From Macrostomum lignano (lineage: Eukaryota), in assembly GCA_002269645.1 (NCBI GenBank), contig NIVC01004848.1, positions 1 to 33,466 on the forward strand: a stretch of DNA of 33,466 nt. Direction: 5' to 3'. The notes beneath the pieces were generated by a model. That model made no database searches. It was not told the origin of the DNA and saw only the letters and a list, made by a program, of their open reading frames with translations. Made by a program: the position numbers and the translations under genes. The stretch's first letter is position 1; each line of letters begins with the position of its first letter. Of this stretch, positions 12,558-29,419 are shown in pieces.

Positions 12558-13174
12558 TGTGCTTTGTAACAGCTCATGTATTTGTGTCTGATGTGCTTTG
12601 TAACAGCTCATGTATTTGTGTCTGATGTGCTTTGTAACAGCTCATGTATTTGTGTCTGATGTGCTTTGTAACAGCTCATGTATTTGTGTCTGATGTGCTT
12701 TGTAACAGCTCATGTATTTGTGTCTGATGTGCTTTGCAACAGCTCATGTATTTGTGTCTGATGTGCTTTGCAACAGCTCATGTATTTGTGTCTGATGTGC
12801 TTTGTAACAGCTCATGTATTTGTGTCTGATGTGCTTTGTAACAGCTCATGTATTTGTGTCTGATGTGCTTTGTAACAGCTCATGTATTTGTGTCTGATGT
12901 GCTTTGTAACAGCTCATGTATTTGTGTCTGATGTGCTTTGTAACAGCTCGTTTATTCGTGTCTGATGTGCTTTGTAACAGCTCGTTTATGTGTGTCTGAT
13001 GTGCTTTGTAACAGCTCATGTATTTGTGTCTGATGTGCTTTGTAACAGCTCATGTATTCGTGTCTGATGTGCTTTGTAACAGCTCATGTATTCGTGTCTG
13101 ATGTGCTTTGTAACAGCTCGTTTATGTGTGTCTGATGTGCTTTGTAACAGCTCGTTTATGTGTGCCTGATGTGC
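12558..13174. repeat. Tandem repeat, 34-bp unit (TGTGCTTTGTAACAGCTCATGTATTTGTGTCTGA), ~18 highly homogeneous copies
   Basis: Units start at 12558, 12592 and so on; variants are concentrated at the right end. Confidence 0.97.
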
Positions 13175-13767
13175 TCGGAAAGGATCGTGTTGGAGTCCAA
13201 TAAGCCTCAAGAAAACAGTTATTAATGCCATCATCTAACATTCATATAATTTTGAAGAAAAGTTTCAAAATCTCATATTTCACTTTTCTCATCATTGCTT
13301 GAACACACAACTGCACACACAAGCAGAATGCAGCATATTCTTTGCCTATTTAGCAACAACTGCTGGTCATCAATTCTGGGCGCAGATCTAAAGAAGGCTG
13401 GACGTATCTCTCTACCTCCTGATACCTCGTTTAAACCCTCAGTCGCAACACGCGCTTTTTCTAAGAAAGCAACAAGTTACGGCCCTTTCTCTCGGCCCAG
13501 TAAATCGTTGGTCGCGCAATGGAGCGCCGTATAGATTGCTGAATGTTCAGGTGATTTATTAGCGTGAAAATATGCGGAACCTACAGCAGAGGGCTGGGGG
13601 AACATTGCCCGTACGTTTGGTCCCTCCCGTAGCAGTCCTGAGCCTTCCTTATTTTGCTTTTAAAATAAAGATAAAAAATAAATACTTTTTTCCAGTTTAC
13701 TCGATGGATTCGTGCAGAAAACTAAATAGAACTTACTTACTTACTACTGACGGGGGGCGCAGGCGCC

Positions 13768-13794
13768 GCGAATAGGCCGCGAGGCCCCTATCGC
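13768..13794 (-). other. Predicted RNA stem-loop in the LINE 3' UTR
   Basis: The minus strand reads GCGAUAGG-GGCCUCGCGG-CCUAUUCGC. This gives 8 pairs with one bulge plus 2 inner pairs, and lies ~24 nt before the tail. Confidence 0.55.
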
Positions 13795-13820
13795 AACCCC
13801 AAGGTAAAAGAGCACAAGGA

Positions 13821-18650
<4,830 letters not shown>

Positions 18651-19140
18651 CTACCCTCTGCCACGGTAAACAGCAGAGAAGCTTTGGGTTGCCGTCTTAT
18701 CCCAGGATTGCTCCCAGGCGAGGCTCCGGCAGGCCCCCGGTCCACACTCTGCAAGATCAGGGGGCGGGAGGCCGGCTGTGGGCTTGGGACACAGGCGCCA
18801 GGTCGAGTTGACAGCCGACGCCCGAGCCCTCCCCCACAAGAGCGGCCCTCGAGAACCCGTGTGGTACCAGTTGCAACTAAGGGCTGTCGATGGGTAGTTG
18901 GCGCTTAGCCAGCAGCCAACTACTTAGCAGCCACCTGCCCCGCAAAAAAGCAGCAGGGGGGATCCGTCCCCCACCAGCAGACCAAGACGAGGAAGCTAGC
19001 CGCTTCCACGCCAGGCCAGAACGAAAAGGAGGGGGAAGAGCCTCCTCGAAAAACGAAAAGCTGGCGGATGTCACAGAGTCCCTCGGTTTAAGTTGCCGTT
19101 TGCCCCCCAACAAAGTTGATAGTTATAATTTAAATGAGGA

Positions 19141-20297
19141 CCTCACTGATGTTTGTGTTGGAGTACCTACCAATGTCTGCACTGGAACACCTACCAATGT
19201 CTGCACTGGAACACCTACACATGACTGCATTGGAACACCTACAAATGACTGCATTGGAACACCTACAAATGTCTGCATTGGAACACCTACAAATGACTGC
19301 ATTGGAACACCTACACATGACTGCATTAAAACACCTACAAATGACTGCATTTGGAACACCTACAATGACTGCATTTGGAACACCTACAAATGACTGCATT
19401 TGGAACACCTACAATGACTGCATTTGGAACACCTACAAATGACTGCATTGGAACACCTGCATATGACTGCATTGGAACACCTACAAATGACTGCATTGGA
19501 ACACCTACAAATGACTGCATTGGAACACCTACAAATGACTGCGTTGGAACACCTACAAATGACTGCATTGGAACACCTGCAAATGACTGCGTTGGAACAC
19601 CTACAAATGACTGCACTGGAACACCTACAAATGACTGCATTTGGAACACCTACAAATGACTGCATTGGAACACCTACAAATGACTGCATTGGAACACCTG
19701 CATATGACTGCATTGGAACACCTACAAATGACTGCATTGGAACACCTACAAATGACTGCATTGAAACACCTACAAATGACTGCATTGGAACACCTACAAA
19801 TGACTGCATTTGGAACACCTACAATGACTGCATTTGGAACACCTACAAATGACTGCATTTGGAACACCTACAAATGACTGCATTTGGAACACCTGCAAAT
19901 GACTGCGTTGGAACACCTACAAATGACTGCATTTGGAACACCTGCAAATGACTGCGTTGGAACACCTACAAATGACTGCATTGGAACACCTGCATATGAC
20001 TGCATTGGAACACCTACAAATGACTGCATTGGAACACCTGCATATGACTGCATTGGAACACCTACAAATGTCTGCATTGGAACACCTACAAATGACTGCA
20101 TTGGAACACCTACAAATGACTGCATTTGGAACACCTACAATGACTGCATTTGGAACACCTACAAATGACTGCATTTGGAACACCTACAAATGACTGCATT
20201 TGGAACACCTACAAATGACTGCATTGGAACACCTACAAATGACTGCATTGGAACACCTACAAATGACTGCATTGGAACACCTACAAATGACTGCACT
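19141..20297. repeat. Tandem repeat, 24-bp unit (TGCATTGGAACACCTACAAATGAC) with 24/25-bp indel variants, ~48 copies
   Basis: Direct inspection; 8-aa periodic ORFs that keep switching frame. Confidence 0.97.
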
Positions 20298-21001
20298 AAC
20301 ACTAACTTGTAATTATAACTGTTCTGAATCAACTGACACTCCATTCCTTACACGCAAGCCCTGCAACCATCGCTAGGTTGCACTACTTGCCGGAGGCAGA
20401 ACCCAAAGCATACAAGCCTGACATTTTACACTCTCCAAAGAAGATGTCGTGCAGACACTTGGCCGTAAGAAAATTCTTTTTGTAGATAATCTGCAACATA
20501 ATTGTGCTAAGCAATTAAAAAAATAATTTCAGACCGAGTGTAAAGTAAGATAGGCAAGTAACTTATGCAACTTTCGGTGGTGCAAATTGGTAGCAATTAC
20601 TGGTTGCTACTGCATTTCAATCGCACACACGAAAGTTATCTTGATGGACAGAAAGGAACCTGTGCAGCAATGTTCATACGGGAAATATATAAGTAGAAGA
20701 ATGAAGAGCACTAATTACAAAAGGTCATTTAATGTGGCTTAAATCTAATGGCAAAACACACCTAGCTGACAATTACTTGAGCATGTGGTTCCATGTTTGA
20801 GCAAAGACCTTTATTTATATTCGTTCGTTTTCAAATTTCCGTGTATAAATCTAAAGCTGAACAACGCAATGAGAAGTATAGAGAATTCACGTTCTGCTGA
20901 GAGTAAATATTTGACTGGGCCTTATTCAGTGCCATTCAGCTGATTCAAAAGCAGACATTGAGGTTGCAGCAATGATAGATGAGAGTAGAAATAGGGAAAT
21001 A

Positions 21002-21771
<770 letters not shown>

Positions 21772-22614
21772 GTGACCAGACGCCGCCAACTGCGACTCGT
21801 GGCCTATCTGACAAAATAAGGTACGATGGTAGAATTCTATACTGAATAGAAGGTTGCATAAGCTTCAAGAGCCTGTCAGATAGATAAAAAAGATGAACTG
21901 ACAAGCAAGCCTGTAACTGATAGCTTAAGAATGTCAGCCCCCACTTAAATGAAGCCCAGCCAACATTGACAGCCGTCAGCGCACAATTGATAAACTGAGA
22001 CCCAATGCAGCTGTAGCCAGGGTCTGAAATGTTAGCAGTTTATGATGGACCAAGGACCTTGAAAAGACCTGGATCAGAGGCAGGCTTGACCGGGCCAGGG
22101 TGATTTCAATGCCTCAAAAACTTGCAGCAATTTTGGGTTAGAAGAAGTGAAGTTAAGACTTAAGATTGTGAAGAGTTCTGGTTTTTAAATGTTTGTTATT
22201 ATCACTGCGTGTTCTATTCCAGATCTTCTCTCTAGAGGTCCATTCGACTGTAAAGAACTCTATAAAGGTTATACGTAGGGCTTTATCTAATCTCTTGTTG
22301 GCTAAGAGCGCCACAATGGGAACAGTTCGTACATTGTGCATCTGACAGCTTGGCTTCTTGTGGTGGCGTTTCGTCTGACATCAAGTAGCCACAGTATGAA
22401 GCAGAGCTGACGGCCATACAGCGGGTGAAAGGAAAATAGAGACTTGATGAAGAGGGCTGACAATTGAATCTCAGCATCATGGATCTTTTCTTTATCCCTC
22501 TGCAGCGTGCAAAGTAGCTTTTAATTAAAATATTTGAACAGAAAAAACGCCTAGCGGCGTATTTTAGTGCCGTCTAATGCCAAGTTGTAAAAGTTAAAGA
22601 TACATGTATATCAA

Positions 22615-23293
22615 CAACAACAACAACAACAGAGTACGCTGCCAGTTCACAAAAGCAGCGTCAGATGGCGCGCTTCAAAGCTTGGGCGCGAACAAAAGCC
22701 GCACCGCCGGCAGAGTCCGGGGCGCCGGCGTCAGCCAGCAGACAGTCGACGTAGCGCCGAGTCCTCGCCTGTCCCCGCCGGTAGGGTGCCTGCAACGTAA
22801 GTAGCAGCACCTCCTGCACCGGCTCCGGACAGTAGGCCTCGGCGCGGATGACGTGGCCTGCCAGCTGGAGTCGCCGACGGCGCAGCAGATCGCTAGGACG
22901 GGCCAGGCCGGCGCGATGATAGAGCGCCGTGTTGGTGACTCGCTCGTTGCCGATCTTGAAGGCGGCGCGCAGCAGGCCAGCGTGCGCCGCGTCGACTTGA
23001 GCCTCGAGCGAGTCTGTCAGCGTCCAGGTCTCGGCGTTGTATAACAGGACGGTCTCGATCACCGCCTGGAACAGCGCCGCCCTCTGGCGGTCCGGTAGGG
23101 CCTCGGACTGCAGGACTGACCTTATAGAACGAAGGGCAGCCCAAGCAAGTCCTCGGCGACGCCGCAGATCCTCGCGGACGTCGGGAACCAGACCGCCGAG
23201 GTAGACGAACTGCTGACATCTTGGAAGCTCACTCGCCTGTCCGTCAGCGCCTCGGCAGAAGATTGCAGCCTCGGTGTCGTCTCGGATCTTGGT
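22615..23293 (-). mobile_element. 5'-truncated RTE-clade non-LTR retrotransposon with a (GTT)n tail and an 11-bp target-site duplication
   Basis: TSD ATGTATATCAA at 22604-22614 and 23294-23304; (CAA)n run on the + strand at 22612-22630; short 3' UTR; RTE-type C-terminal RT motifs. Confidence 0.92.
22661..23293 (-). CDS. C-terminal fragment of an RTE-type reverse transcriptase (210 aa plus stop, no start codon)
   Basis: Open frame from the truncation point: TKIRDD...QQFVYLGG...RRRRGLAWAA...FQAVIETVLLYNAETWTLT...RRRRLQLAGHVIR...stop. The YLG, LLYxxETW and RLxxAGHVxR motifs are RTE hallmarks. Confidence 0.88.
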   Translation of the reverse strand, partial: TKIRDDTEAAIFCRGADGQASELPRCQQFVYLGGLVPDVREDLRRRRGLAWAALRSIRSVLQSEALPDRQRAALFQAVIETVLLYNAETWTLTDSLEAQVDAAHAGLLRAAFKIGNERVTNTALYHRAGLARPSDLLRRRRLQLAGHVIRAEAYCPEPVQEVLLLTLQAPYRRGQARTRRYVDCLLADAGAPDSAGGAAFVRAQALKRAI

Positions 23294-23365
23294 ATGTATA
23301 TCAAGAAGCGCTCAAAGCACATTTGGGCTTTATAAACCAGTTTTTTTTTACTTAATTCCTTAAAG

Positions 23366-24040
23366 GGAATTGCTGAGATGTCAGGCCTTGCGGGGGAATC
23401 GCTGAGATGTCAGGGCTTACGGAGGGGATTGCTGAGATGTCAGGGCTTACGGAGAGGATCGCTGAGATGTCAGGGCTTACGGAGGGGATCGCTGAGATGT
23501 CAGGGCTTACGGAGGGGATCGCTGAGATGTCAGGGCTTGCGGAGGGATTTCTGAGATGTCAGGCCTTGCAGGGGAATCGCTGAGATGTCAGGGCTTACGG
23601 AGGGGATTGCTGAGATGTCAGGGCTTACGGAGGGGATTGCTGAGATGTCAGGGCTTACGGAGGGGATTGCTGAGATGTCAGGGCTTACGGAGGGGATCGC
23701 TGAGATGTCAGGGCTTGCGGAGGGATTTCTGAGATGTCAGGCCTTGCGGGGGAATCGCTGAGATGTCAGGGCTTACGGAGGGGATTGCTGAGATGTCAGG
23801 CCTTGCGGGGAAATCGCTGAAATGTCAGGGTTTACGGAGGGGATTGCTGAGATGTCAGGCCTTGTGGGGGAATCGCTGAGATGTCAGGGCTTGCGGGAGG
23901 GAATTGCTGAGATGTCAGGGCTTGCGGGAGGGAATCGCTGAGATGTCAGGGCTTGCGGGAGGGAATTGCTGAGATGTCAAGGCTTAGGGGAGAATTACTG
24001 AGATGTCAAGGCTTGCAAAGGGAATTGCTGAGATATCAAG
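23366..24040. repeat. Tandem repeat, 30-bp unit (GCTGAGATGTCAGGGCTTACGGAGGGGATT), ~22 copies
   Basis: Units in register at 23401, 23431, 23461 and so on. Confidence 0.95.
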
Positions 24041-24693
24041 CCTGAGAGGTTAGACTATAGGTGTAGTTTTTTTAAAAATTATCATTTTTTTCACCCCAAC
24101 GGAGGGCGCCGAAAGCACTCAGAAGCATGCTCAAAACCGACTATTTAGCAGCATTATAAAATCACTGTATATTTTTTTTGCATTAAATTGCAAATAAAAT
24201 GATTGAATCAAATTTAAACTTATTGCTTAAAAAAGCCAAAAAAACTCTCTAGCCATAACTCCGCTAATGCATTTTGCACTTGGACAGTTGTTATATAAAA
24301 ACTTTACCATTAAGCTAGGTTGACTACAATATAGTCAGCAAATGCAGTGAACGGCAGTATGCAATATTCAATAATACAATAGCTACTTGGGGGGCAGATG
24401 AATAGCTAGCCATATAGAGTGGTGGCCCGATACGCAGGCCTGCAAGGATCGCAACACAATAGTGAAAAATTGTGAAGAATATAAGTTGCGATCACTGATT
24501 GATCGGTCAGTGTCCTTCTGTCTGTATTATGCAGAGGCCATGCAAATCGGGCAAAATTTTGAGTCTTGAGAGTTGGATTATAAAAGGCCACCCGGCAGTA
24601 AAGGAGACTTGTAGGTTGGACAGTGTCTGTTTATGAGGTGGGTAGTTAATTTGGCTATACATTTTCACTGTTATTGGAGGACTCTGCCCTTAT

Positions 24694-25254
24694 GGGGTCA
24701 CCGTCATTTGGGTCACTGTCTTATGGTCACTGTTTTGGAGTCACGCCCTTAGGGAATCACTATCTTTGGGGGTCATTGTCTTTGGAAGTCAGTCGCTGGG
24801 GTCACTGTCTTTGGTGGTCACTGTCTTTGGGGGTCACTGTCTTTGGTGATCACTGTCTTTGGGGTCACTGTCTTTGGAGGTCACTGTCTTTGGGGGTCAC
24901 TGTCTTTGGGGGTCACTATCTTTGGGGGTCACTGTCTTTGGGGGTCACTGTCTTTGGAGGTCACTGTCTTTGGTGATCACTGTCTTTGGGGTCACTGTCT
25001 TTGGAAGTCAGTCTCTGGGGGTCACTGTCTTTGGTGGTCACTGTCTCTGGGGGTCACTGTCTTCGGTGGTCACTGTCTCTGGGGGTCACTGTCTTTGGGG
25101 GTCACTGTCTCTGGGGGTCACTGTCTCTGGGGGTCACTGTCTCTGGGGGTCACTGTCTCTGGGGGTCACTGTCTTTGGGGGTCACTGTCTTTGGGGGTCA
25201 CTACTTTTGAAAGCCACTGTCCTTGGTGTTCACTGTCTCTGGGGGGTCACTGTG
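24694..25254. repeat. Tandem repeat, ~16-bp unit (GGGGGTCACTGTCTTT), ~35 copies
   Basis: Direct inspection; 16-aa cycling pattern in the + strand ORFs. Confidence 0.93.
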
Positions 25255-26646
25255 CTCAGGGGGAACGTGAAGGCGCAATGGAGTCGGGAGTGTGAACATT
25301 ACGAAGGGCTGAGGTTGACCTCCTAGCGCCATCAGCTCGCAACCGAATTCAGCCCTGGCCCGAGTTGTGTGCACTGCACCTATGAAGCGCAGAATTCCCG
25401 TGTATTTCACTCTCATATAACGCGTATATTTGTTAAACCCGGCCTGATGAAGAAAGTTCAGTGAAGCTGTAAAATTACAAATGTAAGACATTGCAGAGTC
25501 TATATCTGTATAACCCAGGAGTTTTCACCACTATATACACTATATAGTGTGTATACGCGGGGCCTCATCAAAATTCTCGTAGCCAAGGCAAATCGAACTA
25601 CAAGTTGAAAATTTATCTCCAGGTGTAAATAGCTCCCTCCCATCTGCCTGGCTAATGTATGCATCAGAGGGTAACAGATATAACAAAGTTCTTCAGTTTC
25701 CCATAGTTATACCCCGTATATGCTGCTTAATTTACCTTTGGTATTTGGATAAAATTTCAGTTTGTAGACCTCGAAGCGCAGGCAGTTGTGCATTCTGATA
25801 TCGATACACTGAGTAATTTAGAGATGCATGTACATGTTCTTGTGCAGACAGAGAATTTATTATTGCCAAATTTAACCCTATCTCAGGAGCAATTAAAAAA
25901 TATGTATACGTTACTTGCTACTTAACCGCTTTTACCATATAAGTAGTTTAATACGGACAGCAGACGCCGCTACCAGAACCGCACTTTTGACCATAGACAA
26001 TGAAGCCAATCAAGTTACTAAAACACAGGATTGTTGACTAGGATTGCCCCCCGCTAAATCTAGATCCGCCTCCCCCCGCTTAAGGCCATTATTTAACTTA
26101 CCCTGAAATATAGTCTATGGTAGTGCCGCTGATGCAGGAGACTTTATAGTGCTTAGGAAAAACATGTCTACATGTACTGTAGAAGTTGCTTTATCAAAAA
26201 ACCGTTGAGAGTGCTGAAAACTGAAAGCTAATTCTTTCTCGCTAAAACTAATGCTTTTAATTGTAATCGTTACAAGTTTTATAACAGTAAAATCTATAGA
26301 GTCTAGATACAGTTGTAACAACAGTTTACAGTTGTAAATAATATTTTTTGTTTTATTTTTTTTCAATTCGAATATGCATCGGAATAGATAATTGAACTTG
26401 GTGGATTATTATAACAAAGTAGAATAATATTTATGAGACGTGACTAGAGGTTAAAAGCACAATTATACATCTGTTCATATTGATATTGCTAAACAAAAAA
26501 CTTGGGTATTACAAATGTTTTATGGGATTAGGTAATACAATAAAATTGATATTTGAAGCTCAAAGTTTATTAGTTATTTAAAATTATAAATAGTTACACA
26601 AAATATACGATACATTAAAATAAATGTATTATATATTATATTATTA

Positions 26647-27391
26647 TAGCTTTTGGCAGCCTATTTGGGCTTACGCGCATTTAATTTAATCCAAGATACG
26701 TTTGCCAATGTAATGGAGCTTTTGTCTATGGTAGCAAGGCTTCCGCAGCGGCATTAATTAATTTGGTCCAACAAGCATCAATTTGGTCCGAATGCTTGTG
26801 AGCCAATGGCAAACTCTTGCCTTCTTGCAGCTGCCTAAGGGAATGTCAGCGTCTGCACCAGCAATTTCCCGTCGCTTTTCCAGAGCTCTGCTGATAGTCC
26901 AAATCTGATAACCAACTGGAACTGTTCCTTCAACTGCTGCTGCATTTTCTGCAACGTCAACAAAGGGTTCGTCTCAATTGCATTAAGTAGCAGTTGGACC
27001 TGAGTCTCTAGCAACTTGCCTTGGCGATTGCCACCTTACCACAGGCGACCTATGCCAGAAGTGGTTTCAACACGCTGATGGATGCTGTAAACCATCTTTC
27101 TTCTGTATTCAGCAGCCTTGCAATGTCCTATGGGTGTTCACCGCTGTTGAGTGCTTTGATCACAAGCCAGTGGCATTCGTTCTACAACCTAGCATGGTTC
27201 ACAATTCTGGGGCTGGTGTTGCTCCTCCGCAACAGTTGAAAATAAAGCTATGGACCAAATTCATGCTTGTTGGACCAAATTAAGTGGCGCTGTGGCAGTC
27301 TTGCCACCATAGACAAAAGCTCCGGTACATTGGCAAACCTATCTTGGATTAAATCAAATGCGCGCCAGCCGAAATAGGCTGCCAAAAGCGA
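26647..27391 (-). mobile_element. Non-autonomous Tc1/mariner (IS630-Tc1-mariner) deletion derivative with ~140-bp TIRs and a TA target duplication
   Basis: 26647-26789 is the reverse complement of 27252-27391 (about 14 mismatches and one small indel by eye). TA flanks lie at 26645-26646 and 27392-27393. An internal transposase remnant is present. Confidence 0.85.
26869..27181 (-). pseudogene. Decayed N-terminal (paired/HTH DNA-binding) part of a Tc1/IS630-type transposase
   Basis: Manual translation with stops and frameshifts: LVIKALNSGEHP*DIARLLN / KMVYSIHQRVETTSGIGRLW*GGNRQGKLLETQVQLLLNAIETNPLLTLQKMQQQLKEQFQLVI / IWTISRALEKRR. No DDE domain is present. Confidence 0.7.
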
Positions 27392-27735
27392 TAGTCCTAA
27401 GTACGTCCTAAAAGCAAAAGCTTAAGTTAGGAAATAAAAATTATTGAAATAAAATTGCAACAATAAAGTTTTAATATGTTTTTAGCTTTTAAAAGCATGC
27501 TGGGACGATATTAAGCGACAATATAGTTGAGAAGTTTAGAAAACAATTTTTTAAGTTACTCGTAATGTTTTAATGAAAAAGACGCTGTTAAATATCCGTA
27601 GTCCGTACTGTTCAGTAGTAAATAACTGGTTCAAACTTCAATCGGATATGTTTTGAATTCAAACGGGCGTAACTTGCAATTTGAAACATTTTGATCAAGA
27701 CCTTCTGCGCCAGTACGGGTGTACATGTAGCTCTT

Positions 27736-28779
27736 TTAGCAGCCAGTAAACGCGGCATTAACAATCCGGATATCGATAGCGGCTTTAGCAAACAGCAGAC
27801 ACCGGATGCTGCCGTTAAGCCGGAACGTGCTTGTAAGGTGGGACACTACCCCAAGCGAGACGCACAGCGGTTCAACTGGTTGATACAGCACCAACAATGA
27901 GCTCCACTGGGTCAGGGTAGACCGAGGACCCCCGCCGCGCCACAGGGTGAAACTGGAGTTAGTGGAGTCGAATTGAAATCCCAGAGTGACGTAGTCGGTA
28001 TCCTCGGAGCCAGCAGCCGCTTGGTCAGCGTGCAACGTCAGTGTCGAGGCTGCAACTGCCGACGGACGGGACGCCAGTTTCACACTCAGTCGAGTTTCAT
28101 CAGTTTCAAACACGGACACCACAGTCTTGCGCTGATTGGAACAGCTGTGCAAACTAAAATAGCCAGAGCCTGCTGCCGCGGACAGACCGTTACCATAGCG
28201 ACGTACTCGCATAAACAACGACGAATCGTTTAGAGAAAAATTCAATCCAGCGGCAAACGGAGTGCCAACAATGCTTGACAGGTAGGCAAAGTCTTTGTCT
28301 CCGCCAGGTAGCACCAGGCCCTCCTTAGAGTTGAAGCTACTGTTCCCAGAGGCATTAAACTTACCAGTGTGGCCCTCGACGGACAGCAAAATATCCGGTG
28401 TCAGCCGAAAGTCCCAGAAGCCGGTAATTTTAGACGAGTGCATCTCAGACCTGAAGCGACTCTTGCAGTTGCCAGACTCCGGCCAGAAACCAATCACCTG
28501 GCCCAGAGTGGCCATCGCGCACGGCGACAAACCCGAGTCCGTGTTGAACACCAAACAGGTGCTGCTGGTTAAGCAGGCTAGGGCGCATTCCGAAGCGCTT
28601 AAGATCCGATATGACGGGCTGGAGAACTGATCAGGTATCGGGCACCGATTAATTATCAAATAGGTAGCTGAGGTGGCAGGTGCACTGGCATCCAGAGCTG
28701 CCCAGACCAATTTGGAAGTTGAACCGAAGGCCAGTAGAAGACAAACAGCAACCAATACAGACGAATGAATAGTAGCCAT
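27736..28779 (-). CDS. Intronless secreted protein (347 aa): signal peptide, PAN/apple-like module, concanavalin-A/LamG-like domain
   Basis: Uninterrupted ATG-to-TAA ORF in non-repetitive sequence. Hydrophobic N-terminus (VLVAVCLLLAFG). Cys pattern C...SASECALACLTSSTCLVFN...C (C-x3-C-x5-C). ITGFWDF...GLVLPGGDKDFAYL...LGFQFD...FTLWRGG...LNGSIRCLLF fits a LamG-like beta-sandwich. Confidence 0.8.
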   Translation of the reverse strand: MATIHSSVLVAVCLLLAFGSTSKLVWAALDASAPATSATYLIINRCPIPDQFSSPSYRILSASECALACLTSSTCLVFNTDSGLSPCAMATLGQVIGFWPESGNCKSRFRSEMHSSKITGFWDFRLTPDILLSVEGHTGKFNASGNSSFNSKEGLVLPGGDKDFAYLSSIVGTPFAAGLNFSLNDSSLFMRVRRYGNGLSAAAGSGYFSLHSCSNQRKTVVSVFETDETRLSVKLASRPSAVAASTLTLHADQAAAGSEDTDYVTLGFQFDSTNSSFTLWRGGGPRSTLTQWSSLLVLYQPVEPLCVSLGVVSHLTSTFRLNGSIRCLLFAKAAIDIRIVNAAFTGC

Positions 28780-28848
28780 AATTAGGCAGACTTAAATTTA
28801 TTTTTCAGAGTTCGCGTCGTGTTCACTTTCCAGATCGTTGCTAGAGAA

Positions 28849-28854
28849 TTTATA
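28849..28854 (-). promoter_or_regulatory. Putative TATA box of the PAN/LamG gene
   Basis: The minus strand reads GCTATAAATT, ~70 nt upstream of the ATG. An Inr-like AAAGTG lies ~25 nt downstream of it. Confidence 0.4.
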
Positions 28855-29419
28855 GCTTAGCATTGATCGCTAATTCAGACGGAAAGCATATCACTCGGTT
28901 GCCAATAGCAACCACGGATGGTGGAAAGAGACTTTGAGAAACATACGTCTAATTAAGTGGCAGAATCGCATCGGTAATGTAATTAGCCATAAAGTATTGT
29001 GGCTAACAAAAGACTGCTAATTTTATTAACCAATTAGTAGTTACACTTATGCTTCAGTGAGGTGCCGCGGGCATGATCAGAAAGATGAATGACAGCTAGA
29101 CAGAGACACTTGCGCCAAGTATACTACTGTACGATCTTTACTGAAAAATGGAAAGCAGTGATTTATGGGCCAAGTGAGAGAGGAAAGAAGGAATGGAGGA
29201 GAGAGAAGAGGAGAGAGAAGGTTGCCATTGTGAAGTTCCAAACGACCCCGAGGGCCGGATAGAGAACGATAGGCTTCGCGGACCGAAGTTTGCCGACCCC
29301 TGCTTTTCTGAAATAATTCACAGATTCATTTTACATTCATTTATTTACATGTGCTACAGCTCTGAGAAACTTCAAGTTCAATTTACCATGTAGACTCTCA
29401 ACAGCATTTTCTTAACATC

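Noticed and set aside
6310-13174. CRISPR-like arrays suggested by 34-bp repeat lengths
   Set aside because: The units are head-to-tail with no unique spacers, there are no cas genes, and the context is eukaryotic.
13711-13730. Target-site duplication for the large LINE
   Set aside because: The flank AAAACTAAATAGA was not found at the other end (19100-19140 or beyond 20300). The 5' boundary therefore remains approximate.
19123-20344. CIGTPTND / MTALEHLQ repeat peptides resembling antifreeze or structural repeat proteins
   Set aside because: Frequent 1-bp indel variants shift the frame, all frames give similar short ORFs, and there is no signal peptide or unique coding flank.
22153-22480. Short minus-strand ORFs (VPIVALLANKRLD, faintly like a GTPase G4 motif)
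   Set aside because: The motif spacing is wrong, and no G1 or G3 motifs were found nearby.
25537-25550. 14-bp perfect palindrome ACACTATATAGTGT
   Set aside because: It is low complexity, isolated, and has no associated TSD or other structure.
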